A DNA stretch of 63,967 bases, filler included, from Chiloscyllium plagiosum (taxonomy: Eukaryota), in the NCBI RefSeq assembly GCF_004010195.1. It is 5 parts of one record of this genome, joined end to end, with 100 filler letters (N's around TTAATTAATTAA, not from the genome) between each part and the next. Parts side by side here need not be neighbours in the genome. Positions count along the whole stretch, not along the records: positions 1 to 15,317 come from NC_057714.1; positions 15,418 to 43,235 come from NC_057714.1; 3 more parts are not named here. One strand, given 5' to 3'. The position numbers and the translations under genes are program-made. Shown one piece after another: positions 13,575 through 27,569 of this stretch. The notes below the pieces were generated by a model. The model had not been told where the DNA came from. It did not search any database and saw nothing but the letters and a program-made list of their open reading frames with translations. Positions within the stretch are counted from its first letter, which is position 1, and the number at the start of each line of letters is the position of its first letter.

Positions 13575-14545
13575 GAAAATACAGCGCAGTACAGGTCCTT
13601 TGGCCCTCGATGTTGTGCCGATCCAAGCAAACCTAACCTACACTAGCCCACAATCCTCCATATGTCTATCCAATGCCCATTTAAATGCCCATATTGAGGG
13701 AGAGTCCACCACTGCTACTGGCAGGGCATTCCATGAACTCACAACTCGCTGAGTAAAGAATCTACCCATAACATCTGTCCTATACCTACCACCCCTTAAT
13801 TTAAAGCTATGCCCCCTCGTAATAGCTGACTCCATACGTGGAAAAAGATTCTCATGGTCAACCCTATCTAAACCCCTAATCATCTTGTACACCTCTATCA
13901 AGTCACCCCTAAACCTTCTTTTCTCCAATGAAAACAGCCCCAAGTGCCTCAGCCTTTCCTCATACGATCTTCCTACCATACCAGGAAACATCCTGGTAAA
14001 CCTCCTCTGCACCCATTCCAGTGCCTCCACATCCTACCTATAGTATGGCGACCAAAATTGCACACAATACTCCAGATGCGGCCGCACCAGAATCTTATAC
14101 AACTGCAACATGACCTCAGGACTCCGGAACTCAATTCCTCTACCAATAAAAGCCAGTACGCCATATGCCTTCTTCACCGCACTATTTACCTGGGTGGCAA
14201 CTTTCAAAGATCCGTGTACATGGACACCAAGATCCCTCTGCTCATCCACACTACCAAGTAACCGACCATTAGCCCAGTACCCCATCTTTCTGTTACTCTT
14301 ACCAAAGTGAATCACCTCACACTTAGCTACATTGAACTCCATTTGCCACCTTTCTGCCCAGTTCTGCAGCTTATCTATATCCCGCTGTAACCTGCCAAGT
14401 CCTTCCTCACTGTCTACAACTCCTCCGACTTTCGTATCATCCGCAAACTTGCTCACCCAACCTTCTAACCCCTCTTCCAGGTCATTTATAAAAATGACAA
14501 ACAGCAATGGTCCCAAAACAGATCCTTGCGGAACACCGCTAGTAA
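13575..14545 (-). mobile_element. Young 5'-truncated CR1 LINE (RT C-terminal half)
   Basis: [22 protein letters not shown]...SKFADDTK...RPHLEYCVQFWSPY; only one disruption, near 14031-14036, separates ORFs 14034..14576 and 13638..14030. Confidence 0.92.
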
Positions 14546-15317
14546 ATGCAATTTCCTTAATTTCCTTAATTTGCAAGGTTGGAGGGGAAGGTAGTTGCAG
14601 CTATCAACTTTGAGACCTTGAAAGGGGCATTTGTGTGAATGCTGCTTCATTAATTGGATAATGCAGCCATCTGCTTTCAATTTTCACTTCACGGGGAAGT
14701 CAATAATTCTTTAAAAAATGCAGAGTTCAATTTTGGCTTCAAGCTATCATGGTCATTGCTAAGGCACACTGATTGCTTCCATGTTTTAAGACCATAAGAC
14801 TATATGATATAGGAACAGAAATAGGCCATTTGAATCTGTAATTCAATGAGATCATGGATGATCTGATAATCCTCAATTCCACTTTTCTGCCTTCTCACCA
14901 TAAACCCTTGACTCTGTTAATGGTTAAAAACCTGCCTCTCAATCGTGGATATACTTCAAGATGCAGCCCTTGGAGGTAAAGAATTGCACAGATTTATTAG
15001 AATTAGAATTAGGTTTATTGTCACATGAGTACAGTAGCAAGTTTACAAAGGTACTGAGATTCAGATTCAAAGGAATAAATTAGAAAATTAAAGAGATAAA
15101 AAGACTAATATTACAGATCGCACCATCTTAAGTACAAAAGATATATAGGTACACCAAAATCATAGGAATAAATAAGGAGAATAAAAAATAAAAAGTTCAG
15201 AATTACGGTCCTGTTTTGGGATCTGTTTTGGGACCATTGCTGTTTGTCATTTTTATAAATGACTTGGAGGAGGGGCTAGATGGTTGGGTGAGCAAGTTTG
15301 CGGATGATACGAAAGTC

Positions 15318-15417
15318 NNNNNNNNNNNNNNNNNNNNNNNNNNNNNNNNNNNNNNNNNNNNTTAATTAATTAANNNNNNNNNNNNNNNNNNNNNNNNNNN
15401 NNNNNNNNNNNNNNNNN
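15318..15417. other. Assembly spacer N44-TTAATTAATTAA-N44
   Basis: Identical 100-nt spacer with a six-frame stop linker at four places in the window. Confidence 0.97.
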
Positions 15418-16790
15418 TCCCAGGTACCAACCCACGTTGCAAGTTCACCTACCTTATTTCGTATACTTCTTGCATTGAAGTATACACACTTCAAGCCACT
15501 TTCCTGTTTACAGGCACCCTCCTTTGAGATTGATGCCATGTTTCTAACCTCCCTACACTCCAGGTCCTGCACCCTAAAGCTACAGTCTAGGTTCCCATGC
15601 CCCTGCAGAGTTAGTTTATATATCTAAAGAAACTCTTACAGTCTTCCTTTTTATTACTGGCTAGCTTACCCTCATATTTAATCATTCTCACTCCTTATTT
15701 CTTTTTTTGTTGCCACCTGTTGGTCTTCATTAGCTTCCCAATCCTCCAGTTTCCTACTGTCCTTCACCACATTACAGTAAATGCTTTCTTTTTTACTTTT
15801 TGTGCTAACCCTGACTTCCCTAGTCAGCCAGGGTTGCCTCATCCTCCCTGTACCATGCTTCTTTTTCCTCGGGATGAATCTCTGCTGTGCCTCCTGAATT
15901 ACTCCCAGAAACTCCTGCCATTGCTGTTACACTGTCTTTCCTGCTATGCTCCTCTTCCAGTCAATTCTACCCAGCTCCTATTTCATGCCCCTGTAGTTGC
16001 CTTTAATCAGCTGTAATACTGTTACCTCTGATTCTATTTGCTCCCACTCAAACTGCAGTATAAATTCAGTTATATTATGATCACTTCTTGCTAAGGGTTC
16101 CTTCACCTTGAGCACCCTGATCACATCTGCCTCATTGCACAATACTAAATCCAATATTGCCTGTTCCGTAGTGGGGTCCACCACAATCTGCTCCAAAATG
16201 CCATCTCATAGACATGCCACAATTTTTTTTACTTGCAATCCACTACCAACCTGATTTTCCCAATCCACCTGCATACCAAAATCCCCCAAGATCACTGTAA
16301 CTTTGCCTTGTTCTATCTCCTGTTGTATCTTGTGCCCCAGCTCCTGGCTACTATTCGGAGGCCTGTAGATAACCCCAACTATGTTTGTTTTTTTTAACCT
16401 TTGTGGTTCCTCAATTCTAGCCACACAGATCATCATCTGACCCTATTTCATTTTTTTTATTATTGATTTTAATTGCATTTCTTACCAATATGGCATACCA
16501 CCCCCTCTAACTGCCTATCCTTTCAATAATATGTATGTCCTTGAATATTCAGCTCCAATTCTGATTCCCTTGCAGCCACATCTCCCTGATACCCATCACA
16601 TCATACCTGCCAATTTTGATGTATGCCACAAGCTCATTATGCTGCATGCATTCAGATATTACACCTTCAGTCCTATATTAACCGTCCCTCTACTCATTGT
16701 CATTTGTTTATCCAATGTGTTTGAAGTTTGATTGCTAACTCTTTCCATACACTTTGTCCTACATGTGTCTGTGCTGGAACTTTTAATATC
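15418..16790 (-). mobile_element. CR1 ORF2 endonuclease-region fragments (two elements)
   Basis: LKCVYFNARSIRNKVGEL; GVIYRPPNS; ILGDF; PTTEQAILDLVLCNE; LARSDHNI. Confidence 0.85.
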
Positions 16791-18546
16791 TCGCATTGTG
16801 TAAAGGGGCATTTCTGAGAGGATGAAAGCCAGCACCAATCAGCAGAAAGGCCAGGCACTGAAAAATGCTCAGAAGCCCAACAGGGACAGTAAAACCCATT
16901 ACAGCTTAGAGTGGCTCAAGAAGGATCACTCAAATAATATCAGTAGGGAGTTGCAAAGAAGCTAAGGACTAAGTGAGGCTCAGAAACCTGACAAGGTGCA
17001 GTAAAGCCTGCAAGATTTGAGGTGGCTCAAGAAAGATCTGTTAAGCAGGATCAAGAATAGATGAGCAGAAAGAGTATGCACTGATATTAAGCCAGCAGCC
17101 ATTAAGGAAAGCAAGAGAATGGTCAGGGAAGACAATAAAAGTTGCCAGGCCATAGACAGAGAGTTAGTTAACATATACTTTCATGGTAAAGTTAGAGGGG
17201 ACAAGTGGGGTTCTCAAACAGATCATGAGAAAGTGAAGTTGAAGTCTCACTTAACGGAAGAGCCACAGAACTTTGAAGTTGAACATCCACCTGATGGCAC
17301 TAGCATTCCAGTAAAAGTGGAACAGAATAGGAAAAAGCCCATTCCCAAAACAAATGGAAAGAGGACGGAATGTTCTCCACAGCAGACACCATTGTGGGGC
17401 CATGAGGGCTATACCAGTGAGATGACCCATTGGGTGGTGCAAGTAACATTACCAGAGCACAACCAAGTCCTAAACCTCAACCAGTTAAAACAGGTTGATG
17501 CAAAGTTAAATGAGAATAAGGTATAGGATGCAAGTCCAGACACCCTACAGGAGACAAACACCAGAATACCACCCACTGAGCACCTAGAAATCAATTTTGT
17601 AAAAATACCAGAATCTCGCACATGGATTATGGAATTGGGTAGTGAAGAGTTCAAATGTGGAAAGATGTTACAGCCCAGGGAAGAAGCTCAACAGCTAGTC
17701 ACAAAGTAGTTTTGAATTCAGGACAAAGACAGTAAATACAGAAAGTGTGTAATTGTGTGTATGTGTATGTGTTTGTGTGTGTGTGTCATCGTTTACCTTG
17801 CTGGAAAATTCATTTTCCACATTTACACACAGGTGTTGTAAGTTATTTTATGATTGAGGATCACTTTCTAACTTCATAATCTGAGACTTCAATGGTAATG
17901 TGAACACTTCAGTGGGCTAGAATTATTCAAAGAATCATTTGCTTCCACTGTTGATTTAACTTGTATACAGTTCTGTTCTTACCTCCCATAGCAGTCCAAC
18001 ATTCTATACAGAGAGGATTCTTTTCATTTAATTGTGACTTTGATTGCTGCTGTTGTGCCTTTTTCATGAGATGGATGATTATTCTCAAAAGGTGACAATA
18101 GGAACTTCTGAAATAATGGTGCCTCAGTAATTGAATTAGCTTTATTGTCACATGTACTCAAGTGAGTACAGTTAAAAATTTACAGTCACTGCATTACAGT
18201 GCCATCTTGGGTACAAAGGTACCTTAGAACAAGTATTGCATTGTATAGGAGGGTCCTAGGTTTTATTTTCTGTTAAATGTCAACATGAGTCTCAGTGACT
18301 GTCTTGATGGAGCAAACCAAAGTCCAGAATGCCCTCTAGTGGCTAATCACCACCTTCTTTGGGAACCTCATCTGTTGCTCCTCTTATGGAAAAAAAAGGG
18401 ACAGTCATTTTCGTAGGCCTAAGGCTGGAGTGTAGGCAGAGAGAGTGATTTGTGATGTCTAGTCCTCCGTATCAACTTCAGTTATTGGTGGCTATTAAAG
18501 CAACACAAAGTTCTACTGATAAAGTGTTTCAGGTTAATACTCAGGT

Positions 18547-18746
18547 TCAAAGTTTGTGAGAAGATTTGTAGCTCGGGTGCTCGTTGCTCACCCGACAACC
18601 GGAAGCGGCAGGGACAGGCCACTATAAATGCCGGAGGAAACACCACAGAAGCGCTTCACAGGAGGCTCCCAAGCACTGAGGATGTCACCTAGACAGGGGA
18701 CGAGACGTTTGCAACAAAAACTTCCAGCACGACGAACAGAACCACA
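18547..18746 (+). mobile_element. PLE pseudo-LTR mini-insertion with degenerate hammerhead core
   Basis: CTGAGGA-stem-GAGAC-GTT core at ~18676-18709 (GAAAC mutated); flanked by gttaata(c/t)tcaggt at 18533-18546 and 18747-18760. Confidence 0.65.
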
Positions 18747-18999
18747 GTTAATATTCAGGTCTTTATGACCTGCCTTCCACTGTTTCAATGTGTACATGTA
18801 TCTGTGTTTTCACACTGAATTTGATATTTTTGATGCCCTGCAATTACATGAAGGGCGATCTAAGAAATCCTTACCTTAGGCATGGCATAGCCTTTGAAAG
18901 AAGAAATACATTTCTCCATATTCAATCTGAAATTTGTTTCTCGATCATTTACCATAATGTTTGTACCACAACCAATCCTACAAATTTGACTCAAAGACT

Positions 19000-20270
19000 T
19001 TTAGATGTTTACAGCACAGGAGGCAGCCGTTCGACCCATCACACCTGCACCAGTGAACAAAGATCAGACCACACTAATCCTTTTTTCAAGCTTTTGGATC
19101 ATAGCCATGGATGCTAAGATATTGCAAGTGAATATATAAGTAATGCTACATGGGTTTCTAACTCAACCATACTTTCAGGCAGTGATTTCCAAACTCCAAC
19201 CACCTTCTGAGTGAAAAAAATCTCAACTCCCGTCTTATTATTCTACCTTTTATCTAAAATCTCTGCCCCCTAGTTACTGACTTTTCCATTAATGGATAAA
19301 GTACATTCCTATACACCGTATCTATGCCCCCATAATCTTCCTCTCAACCTTTGCTGCTCCAAGGGAATCAACTTTAGCTTACCCAATCTTTCCTATGATC
19401 AAACCTTCCACATCCACTGCACACTCTCTAGTGCAATCACGTCCTTCCTATAATATTATGTCCAGAACAGCAGGCCCTATCCAGTATTTTATGCAGTTCC
19501 AACTTAACCTCTCTGCCCTGTATTCTGTGCCTCAGTTAACAAAGGCAAGTATCCCATGTGCCTTCTTAGCCACCCTATCTATCTGCCCTACTCCTTCAAG
19601 TATCTGTAGGAATGTACATCAAGGTCTCTCTGATCTTCAGTAGTTTTCAGGGTCCTCCCATTTGTAATGTAATTCCTTGCCTTGTTAGCACTCTCCAAGT
19701 GCATTACTTCACACTTTCACATGTTTAATTCCATTTACCACTGTTCTGCCTATCTGATCAATCCATTGATATCATCCCACAGTTTACAGCAATCCTCACT
19801 ATTTAGCACCCTATCAAATTTAGTGTCACCCTACATTTAAGTCTAAATCATTAATGTACAACAAAAACTGCAAGGGCCCCAACAAAATCCCACTGGAAAC
19901 AAACTTCCACTCAGAGGAACTACCTTCTACTATCATTCAACCAATTCTGGATCTTGCATGCCACTTTGCCTTGGATTCCATGGACTCTTACTTTTTGACC
20001 AATCTGCCATGAGGAACCTTATCAAAAGCCTTGCTAAAGTCCACGTAGAACATGAATTACCTCATAGCTGAAAAATGTGTTGCTGGAAAAGCGCAGCAGG
20101 TCAGGCAGTATGCAAGGAGCAGGAGAATCGATGTTTCTGGCATAAGCTCTTCAGCCTGACCTGCTGCGCTTTTCCAGCAACACATTTTTCAGCTCTGATC
20201 TCCAGCATCTGCATCCTCAACTTTCTCCTAATGAATTACCTCATCACCATTCCTGGTTACCTCCTCAAAA
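19000..20270 (-). mobile_element. Degenerate CR1 RT and 3' end, interrupted by a PLE mini-element
   Basis: Reverse complement gives YVDFSKAFDKVPHGRL and CR1 3' motifs. Confidence 0.75.
20066..20230. mobile_element. PLE pLTR inverted mini-insertion with 14-bp TSD
   Basis: TSD atgaattacctcat at 20052-20065 and 20231-20244; inverted arms. Confidence 0.8.
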
Positions 20271-21499
20271 TAGTTGATAAAGTTTGTCAAAATTCCCTTA
20301 ACAAATCTGACAGTCTACACCATCAGGGGAATCAGAATCTTGCAGTGGGCGTTCCATTTTTCCCAGGAACTGTTTATCCTGCCCCTCTGCATTCTCTTCC
20401 GCTGGGATGCCCGTAGGTGCAGTGTTCTGTGTTTAATTCACAAGCTGCTGCCACTGCAGCCGTGACTTGTTCTGTCTTTGCACACACATGATTCTCCTTG
20501 GTTGGAGTCCAGTGGAATTCCTGCATAGTGTGGATTGCATTCTTTTTTCTTCACATGAGTTACAGACTATTTGTTTCTTCCCATCCACGTAAGTACCTTC
20601 CATTTACTGCCATGTTTTTCTCACTGTGTCAATTTTTTTAAAAATGTATTATTATTTTAATTCTCAAATTTCTCCATTCACAGGCCTTCTGTTTCAGATT
20701 TTGGATGGGCTTTGTCACTTTGTGATTTGGAGCCTAGATAGGCCTTTACATCTATCACTTGCCGTTCTTCCCACCGCTGAGTCTTTCTCCAGGTATTTTC
20801 CCCAGTTCCAGGTTTAGATTACTGAGCTGAATTCATGGTTTACTCATAATTCTATATTGTTTCTAGGTTTCACTTCAAGCTCTATTGTTATCCTCCATGT
20901 GTCTGGTCACTATGTTGCAAGGCGTGGTGTAGTCTACACTTTTCATGAGTGAACTTTAACAATGTTTAATAATGTGACTGCAAGATATGTTAAGAGAGGA
21001 CATACTTCAGACACAGCTTCATTTCCATGGGATCTGACATCATGTTGACATTGTTCCTTTTGCACATGCTCAGTAGCTACACTTGGAGCAAGGATTTAAT
21101 TAACCCGTACTGTGCACATATTCTAAGTTTCTGAGGAGCTATATGTTGGCAACCCCTGATCTAAGGCAAAATTCGAGCCTGCTGCTACACTGGTGCTTGT
21201 TCATATCCAGGAAGCTTACCTGATAGTCCCCACTACAAACTAGACTTTTGTGCTTATCGCCCACTCCCCTATTCCTCCAAAATTGTAGTTTGTTGAGCAG
21301 AATGCTTCTACTGCTCACAGTAATACTTCTGATGCTGGTGGTGTTGCTCCCACTGGTCGTCATGTTCCTCATCTGAGGTCCATCTAATACTAAACTGAAG
21401 TTATGACTTGGAGGTGCCGGTATTGGACTGAGGTGGACAAAGTTAAAAATCACACAACACCAAGTTATAGTCCAACAGGTTTATTTGGAAGCACTAGCT

Positions 21500-24400
21500 T
21501 CCGCAAGTGGAGGAAGAATCAACTATGAAGTGCAGGTTCAGTGAACTTCAAAGGAGAAGAAATCATTTTCTTCCGATTATGGTCATTGCTGTTCCAGGAG
21601 CAGGAAGTCTGGAAGCGTCGAGCAGGAGGTGGTCGGAGAGGTCACAAGGTTACATATTTGGGTGATTGCTTTACCAGAAACACTACTCAGGTAATGTCTC
21701 CCACCCATCCTCCTCCTATAACCAAAAAAACTGTTTGGTGCGTCAGTTGGTAAGGTGATAAATGTTTTCTTTTGTGTTTCATTTTTACAGTGGTCTAAAG
21801 GAGAATTTAGAATAGTGGGAATGGAGGTTAGGCGGTTGAACATTCCTCCTGCAGTTTGTGGGAGGTAAGGGAAACCTCTAGTGCCCCAGCTGACATCATT
21901 TGTGGGAATTGCACCCAACTCCAGCTCGAGAACCATGTTAGGGAACTGGAACTTGAACTGGAGCTGGATGAACTTCGGATCATTCCGGAAGCGGAGGGGG
22001 TTATTGAAAGGAGTTACAGGGACGTAGTTACTCCACAGCCACGTGAAGAAAGTAGATGGGTTACCGTCAGGAGTAGGAAGGGGAACCAGCAGCAATGCAG
22101 ATCTCCTGTGATGGTTCCCCTCAACAACAAATATACCATTTTGGATACTGTTGCAGGGGACGACCTACTAGGGGTAAGCAATAGGGCACAGGTCTCTGGT
22201 GCAGAGTCTGTCCCTGTTGCTCAGAGGGGAAGGGGGAAGAGGAGCAGAGCGTTAGTCATTGGGGACTCCATAGTTAGGGGGACAGATAGGAGTTTTTGTG
22301 AGAACAAGAGAGACTCACAATTGATTTATTCCCTCCCAGGTGCCAGGGTTCATGATGTCTCTGATTGTGTTTTCGATATCCTTGAGGGGGAGGGGGAGCA
22401 GCCCCAAGTCGTCAACCACAAGTTTCCAACCTAGCTCCCTGAATTTTTGCCTTAGATCCTCACCAACAACAATAGGTAGGAAGAAAGGTGGGGATCTAAG
22501 GCAGAAATGCAGGGAGCTAGGTTGAAAACTTAGAGCTAGAACAAACAGCATTGGTATCTCTGGTTTGCTGCTTGTGCCACATGCTAGTGAAGTGAGGAAT
22601 AGGGAGAGAGAGGAGTTGAACACTTGGCTGCAGGGATGGTGCAGGAAGGAGGGTTTTGGATTCTTGGATAATTGGAGCTCTTTCTGGGGAAGGTGGGACC
22701 TCTACAAACAGGATGGTCTTCACCTGAACCAATATCCTGGGGGTGGAAGGAATTGCTAACACTCTTCACGGGGGGGGTTTAAACTAATGCAGCAGGGGGA
22801 TGGAAATCTGAATTGTAGTTCGAGTATACAGGCGGTTGAGGGTAGTGAGGTCAGGGATAAGTTTACAAGGTCACGAGAGGGCACCGGCAACCAGGATGTT
22901 GGTTTGAAATGTGTGTATTTCAATGCCAGGAGCATCTGGAATAAGGTGGGTGAACTTGTAGCATGGGTTAGTACCTGGAATTTCGATGTTGTGGCTATTT
23001 CAGAGACACGTGTAGAGGAGGGACAGGAATGGTTGCTGTGGATTCTGGGATTTAGATGTTTCAGCAAGAACAGAGAAGATGATAAAAGGGAGGGTGGAAG
23101 TGTGTGGCATTGTTAATCAAGAGTAGTATTAAGCAGCTGAGAGAAAGTTTGAGGACTCATCCCCTGAGGTAGTTTGGGCTGAGGTTAGAAAGAGGAGAGA
23201 AGAGGTCACACTATTGGGAGTTTTCCATTGGCCTCCGAATTGTTGCAGGGTTGTCGAGGAAAGGATAGCAAAGATGATTCTCAGTAGGAGCGAGAGTGAC
23301 AGGGTAGTTGTTACTGGGGGACTTTAACTTCCTCAATATTGACTGGGAATACTATAGTTCAAGTAGTTTAGATGGGTCAGTTTTTGTTCAATGTGTGTAA
23401 CAGGGTTTCTGACATAGTATGTAGACAGGCCAACAAAGGGCAATGCCATATTGGATTTGATTGCGGAATTCATTGGGGAATACACCTGGCCAGGTGTTAG
23501 ACTTGGAGGTAGGTAAGCACTTTGGCAATAGTGACCATAATTCGGTTACACTTACAATAGCAATGGGCAGGGATAGGTATATACCACAGGGAAAGACGTG
23601 TAACTGGGGCAAAGGCAATTATGATGTGATTAGGCAAGATTTATGATGAACAGGATGGGGACGGAAACTGCAGTGGATGGACACAGTTGAAATGTGGAGC
23701 TCATTCAAGAAACAGATACTGCGGGTCCTTGATAAGTATATACCTATCAGACAGGGAGGTAGTTGTCGAGAGAAGGAGCCATGGTTTACTAAAGAAGTTG
23801 AAGCTCTTGTCAAGAGGAAGAAGGTGGCTTATGTGAGGATGAGGCATGAAGGCTCAGATAGTGGGCTTAAGAGTTATAAGTTAGCCAGAAAAAATCTAAA
23901 GAGTGGGCTAAAAAGAGTCAGGAGGGGACATGAGAAGTTGTTGGCTGGTAGGATCAAGGAAAATCCTAAGGCCTTCCGATAGATATATCATGAATAAAAG
24001 AATGACTATAGTAACATTAGGGCCAATCAAAGATAGGAGTGGAAAGTTGTGTGTGGAAATCTGACGACATAGGGGAACCTCTTATTGAATACTTTTTGTC
24101 AGTATTCACATAGGAAAAGAGAAATGTTCGTGAGAATATGGAGATCCAGGCTACAAGATTAGATGGGATTGAGGTTGACAAAGAGGAAGTTTTAGCAATT
24201 TTGGAAGATCTGAAAATAGATAAGAGTCCTGGGCTGAATGGGATCTATCCTCAGATTCTCTGGGAAGCCAGGGAGGAGATTGCAGAGCCTTTGGCTTCGA
24301 TCTTTATGTCATCATTGTCGACAGGAGTAGTTGCAGAAGACTGGAGGATAGCAAATGTTGTTCCCTTGTTCAAAAAGGGGAGTTGGGCCAACCATGGTAA

Positions 24401-24620
24401 TTATAGGTCAGTGAGTTGTGGGTAAGGTGTTGGAAAATGTTATAAGAGATAAGATTTATCATCATCTGGAAAGGAATAATTTGATTAGGGATAGTCCACA
24501 CGGTTTTGTGAAGAGTAGGTCGTACCTCACTAACCTTACTGAGTTCTTCAAGTAGGTGACGAAACAGGTGGATGAAGGTAAAGCAGTTGATTTGATGTAT
24601 ATGGACTTCAGTAAGGCATT
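21500..24620 (+). mobile_element. CR1 LINE: ORF1 (zinc finger/coiled coil/SGNH esterase) plus ORF2 EN and RT N-terminal part, 3'-truncated
   Basis: ICGNCTQLQLENHVRELELELELDELRII; ALVIGDSIVRGTD; LKCVYFNARSI; SDHNSV; EDWRIANVVPLFKKG; ends at YMDFSKAF. Confidence 0.9.
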
Positions 24621-26930
24621 TAGAGTCATAGAGTACAGCATGGAAACAGACCCTTTGGTCCAACCCGTCCATGCTACAGCATGGAAACAGACCCTTTGGT
24701 CCAACCCGTCCATGCCGATCAGATATCCCAACCCAATCTTCCCACCTGCCAGCACCCAGCCCATATCCCTCCAAACCCTTCCTATTCATATACCAAATTC
24801 CTCTTAAATGTTGCAATTGTACCAGCCTCCACCACATCCTCTGGCAGCTCATTCCATACACGTACCACCCTCTGCGTGAAAAAGTTGCCCCTTAGGTCTC
24901 TTTTATATCGTTCCCCTCTGACCCTAAACCTATGCCCTCTAGTTCTGGTCCCCTCTGACCCTAAACCTATGCCCTCTAGTTCTGGACTCCACAACCCCAG
25001 GCAAAAGACTTTGTCTATTTATCCTATCCATGCCCCTCATGATTTTGTAAATCTTTATAAAGTCATCCCTCAGCCTCCACCACTCCAGGGAAAACAGCAC
25101 CAGCCTGTTCAGCCTCTCCCTGTAGCTCATATCCTCAAACCCTGGCAACATCCCTGTAAATCTTTTCTGAATGCTTTCAAGTTTCATAACATATTTCCGA
25201 TAGGAAGGAGACCAGAATTGCACACAATATTCCAACAGTGGCCTAACCAATGTCCTGTACAGCCGCAACATGACCTCTCAACTCCTGTACTCAATAGTCT
25301 AACCAATAAAAGAAAGCATACCAAACGCCTTCTTCAAGGAGCTATGAACCTGCAATCATTTATGTAAATGACAAAAAGTAGAGGGCCCAGCACCGATCCT
25401 TGTGGCACTCTACTGGTCACAGGCCTCCAGTCTGAAAAACAACCCTCCACCTCCACCCTCTGCCTATACCTTCGAACCAGTTCTGTATTCAAATGGCTAG
25501 TTCTCCCTGTATTCCATGAGATCTAACCTTGCTAACCAGTCTCCCATGGGGAACCTTGTCGAACGCCTTACTGAATTCCACATATTTCACATCTACTGCT
25601 CTGCCCTCATCAATCTTCTTTGTTACTTCTTCAAAAAACTCAGTCAAGTTTGTGAGACATGATTTCCCACACACTAAGCCATGATGACTATCTCAAATCA
25701 GTCCTTGCCTTTCCAAATACATGTACATCCTGTCCCTCAGGATTCCCTCCAACAACTTGCCCACCACCGAAGTCAGGCTCACCGGTCTATAGTTCCCTGG
25801 CTAGTCCTTACCACCCTTCTTAAACAGTGACATCATGTTAGCCAACCTCCAGTCTTCCAGCACCTCACCTGTGACTATCGATGATACAAATTTCTCAGCA
25901 AAAGGCCCAGCAATCACTTCTCTAGAGTTCTAGGGTACACCTGATCAGGTCCTGGGGATTTATCCACCTTTATGCATTTCAAGACATCCAGCACTTCCTC
26001 CTCTGTAATATGGACATTTAGCAAGATGTCCCTACATTCTATATCTTCCATATCCTTTTCCACAGTAAATACTGATGGCAAAATACTTGTTTCGTATCTC
26101 CCCCATTTTCTGTGGCTCCACACAAAGGCCGCCTTGCTGATCTTTGAGGGGCCCTATTCTCTCCCTAGTTATCTTTTTGTCCTTTATGTATTTGTAAAAA
26201 CTCTTTGGATTCTCCTTAATTCTATTTTCCAAAGCTATCTCATGTCCCCTTTTTGCCCTCCTGATTTCTCTCGTAAGTATACTCCTACTTCCTTTTTACT
26301 CTTCTAAGGATTCACTCGATCTCTCCTGTCTATACCTTACATATGCTTCCTTGCTTTTCTTAACCGAACACTCAATTTCTTTCGTCGTCCAGCATTCCCT
26401 ATACCTACCAATCTTTCCTTTCACTCTAGCAGGAATATACTTTCTCTGGATTCTCGTTATCTCTTTTGTGAATGCTTCCCATTTTCCAGCCATCTCTTTA
26501 CCTGCAAACATCTGCTTCCAATCAGCTTTCAAAAGTTCTTGCCTAATACCATCAAAATTGGCCATTCTCCAATTTAGAACTTCGACTTTTAGATCTGGTC
26601 TATCATTTTCCATCATTATTTTAAATCTAATAGAATTATGGTCACTGGCCCCAAAGTTCTCCCCCCACTGACATCTCAATCACCTGCCCTGCCTTATTTC
26701 CCAAGAGAGGTCAAGTTTTGCACCTTCTCTAGTCGGTACATCCACATACTGAATCAGAAAATTGTCCTGTACACACTTAACAATTTCCTGTCCATTGAAA
26801 CCCTTAACACTATGGCAGTCCCAGTCTATGTTTAGAAAGTTAAAATCCCCTACCATAACCACCATATTATTCTTACAGATAGCTGAGATCTCCTTAAAAG
26901 TTTGTTTCTCAATTTCCTTCTGACTATTAG
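24621..26930 (-). mobile_element. CR1 LINE ORF2 with internal deletion and short tandem duplications
   Basis: VGDFNF..DW; ASDHNSI; KSCLTNLTEFFEEVT; LVRPLLEYCVQFWSP; intact 3' tail. Confidence 0.9.
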
Positions 26931-27540
26931 ATCATTGGAATCTCTTTTGGGGTAGAAGTGACCTGTACAAGAAGAACGGATTGCACCTAAATTGGAAGGG
27001 GACTAATATACTGGCAGGAAAATTTGCCAGAGCTGCTCGGGAGGATTTAAACTAGTAAGTTGGGGGCTGGGACCCAGGGAGATAGTGAGGAAAGAGATCA
27101 ACCTGAGACTGGTATAGTTGAGAACAGAAGCGAGTCAAACAGTCAGGTCACGCAGGGACAAGGTAGGACTAATAAATTAAACTGCATTTATTTCAATGCA
27201 AGGGGCCTAACCGGGAAGGCTGATGAACTCAGGGCATGGTTAGGAACATGGGACTGGGATATCATAACAATTACAGAAACATGGCTCAGGGATGGTCAGG
27301 ACTGGCAGCTTAATGTTCCAGGAAACAAATGCTACAGGAAGGACAGAAAGGGAGGCAAGAGGGGGGGAGGAGTGGCATTTTTGATAAGGGATAGCATTAA
27401 AGCTGTGATGAGGGAGGATATTCCCAGAAATACATCCAGGGAATTTATTTGTGTGGAACTGAGAAATAAGAAAGGGATGATAACCTTATTGGGATTGTAT
27501 TATAGACCCCCTAACAGTCAGAGGGAAGTTTAGAAACAAA
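26931..27540 (+). mobile_element. CR1 ORF1 end and ORF2 EN start, inverted relative to the adjacent copy
   Basis: ORF 27060..27533: LNCIYFNARGLTGKADEL...ITETWL...GGGVA...YYRPPNSQREV. Confidence 0.88.
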
Positions 27541-27569
27541 ATATCTTGTCCACTGTCCAGTTGTAACCA

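Noticed and set aside
15362..15373. Palindromic TTAATTAATTAA recurring four times (also 43280, 50541, 59773)
   Set aside because: Always centred in 100-nt N spacers; an artificial six-frame stop linker, not biology.
24681..25367. 228-aa plus-strand ORF and similar METDPSVQPVHADQ ORFs
   Set aside because: Antisense shadow of CR1 3' ends.
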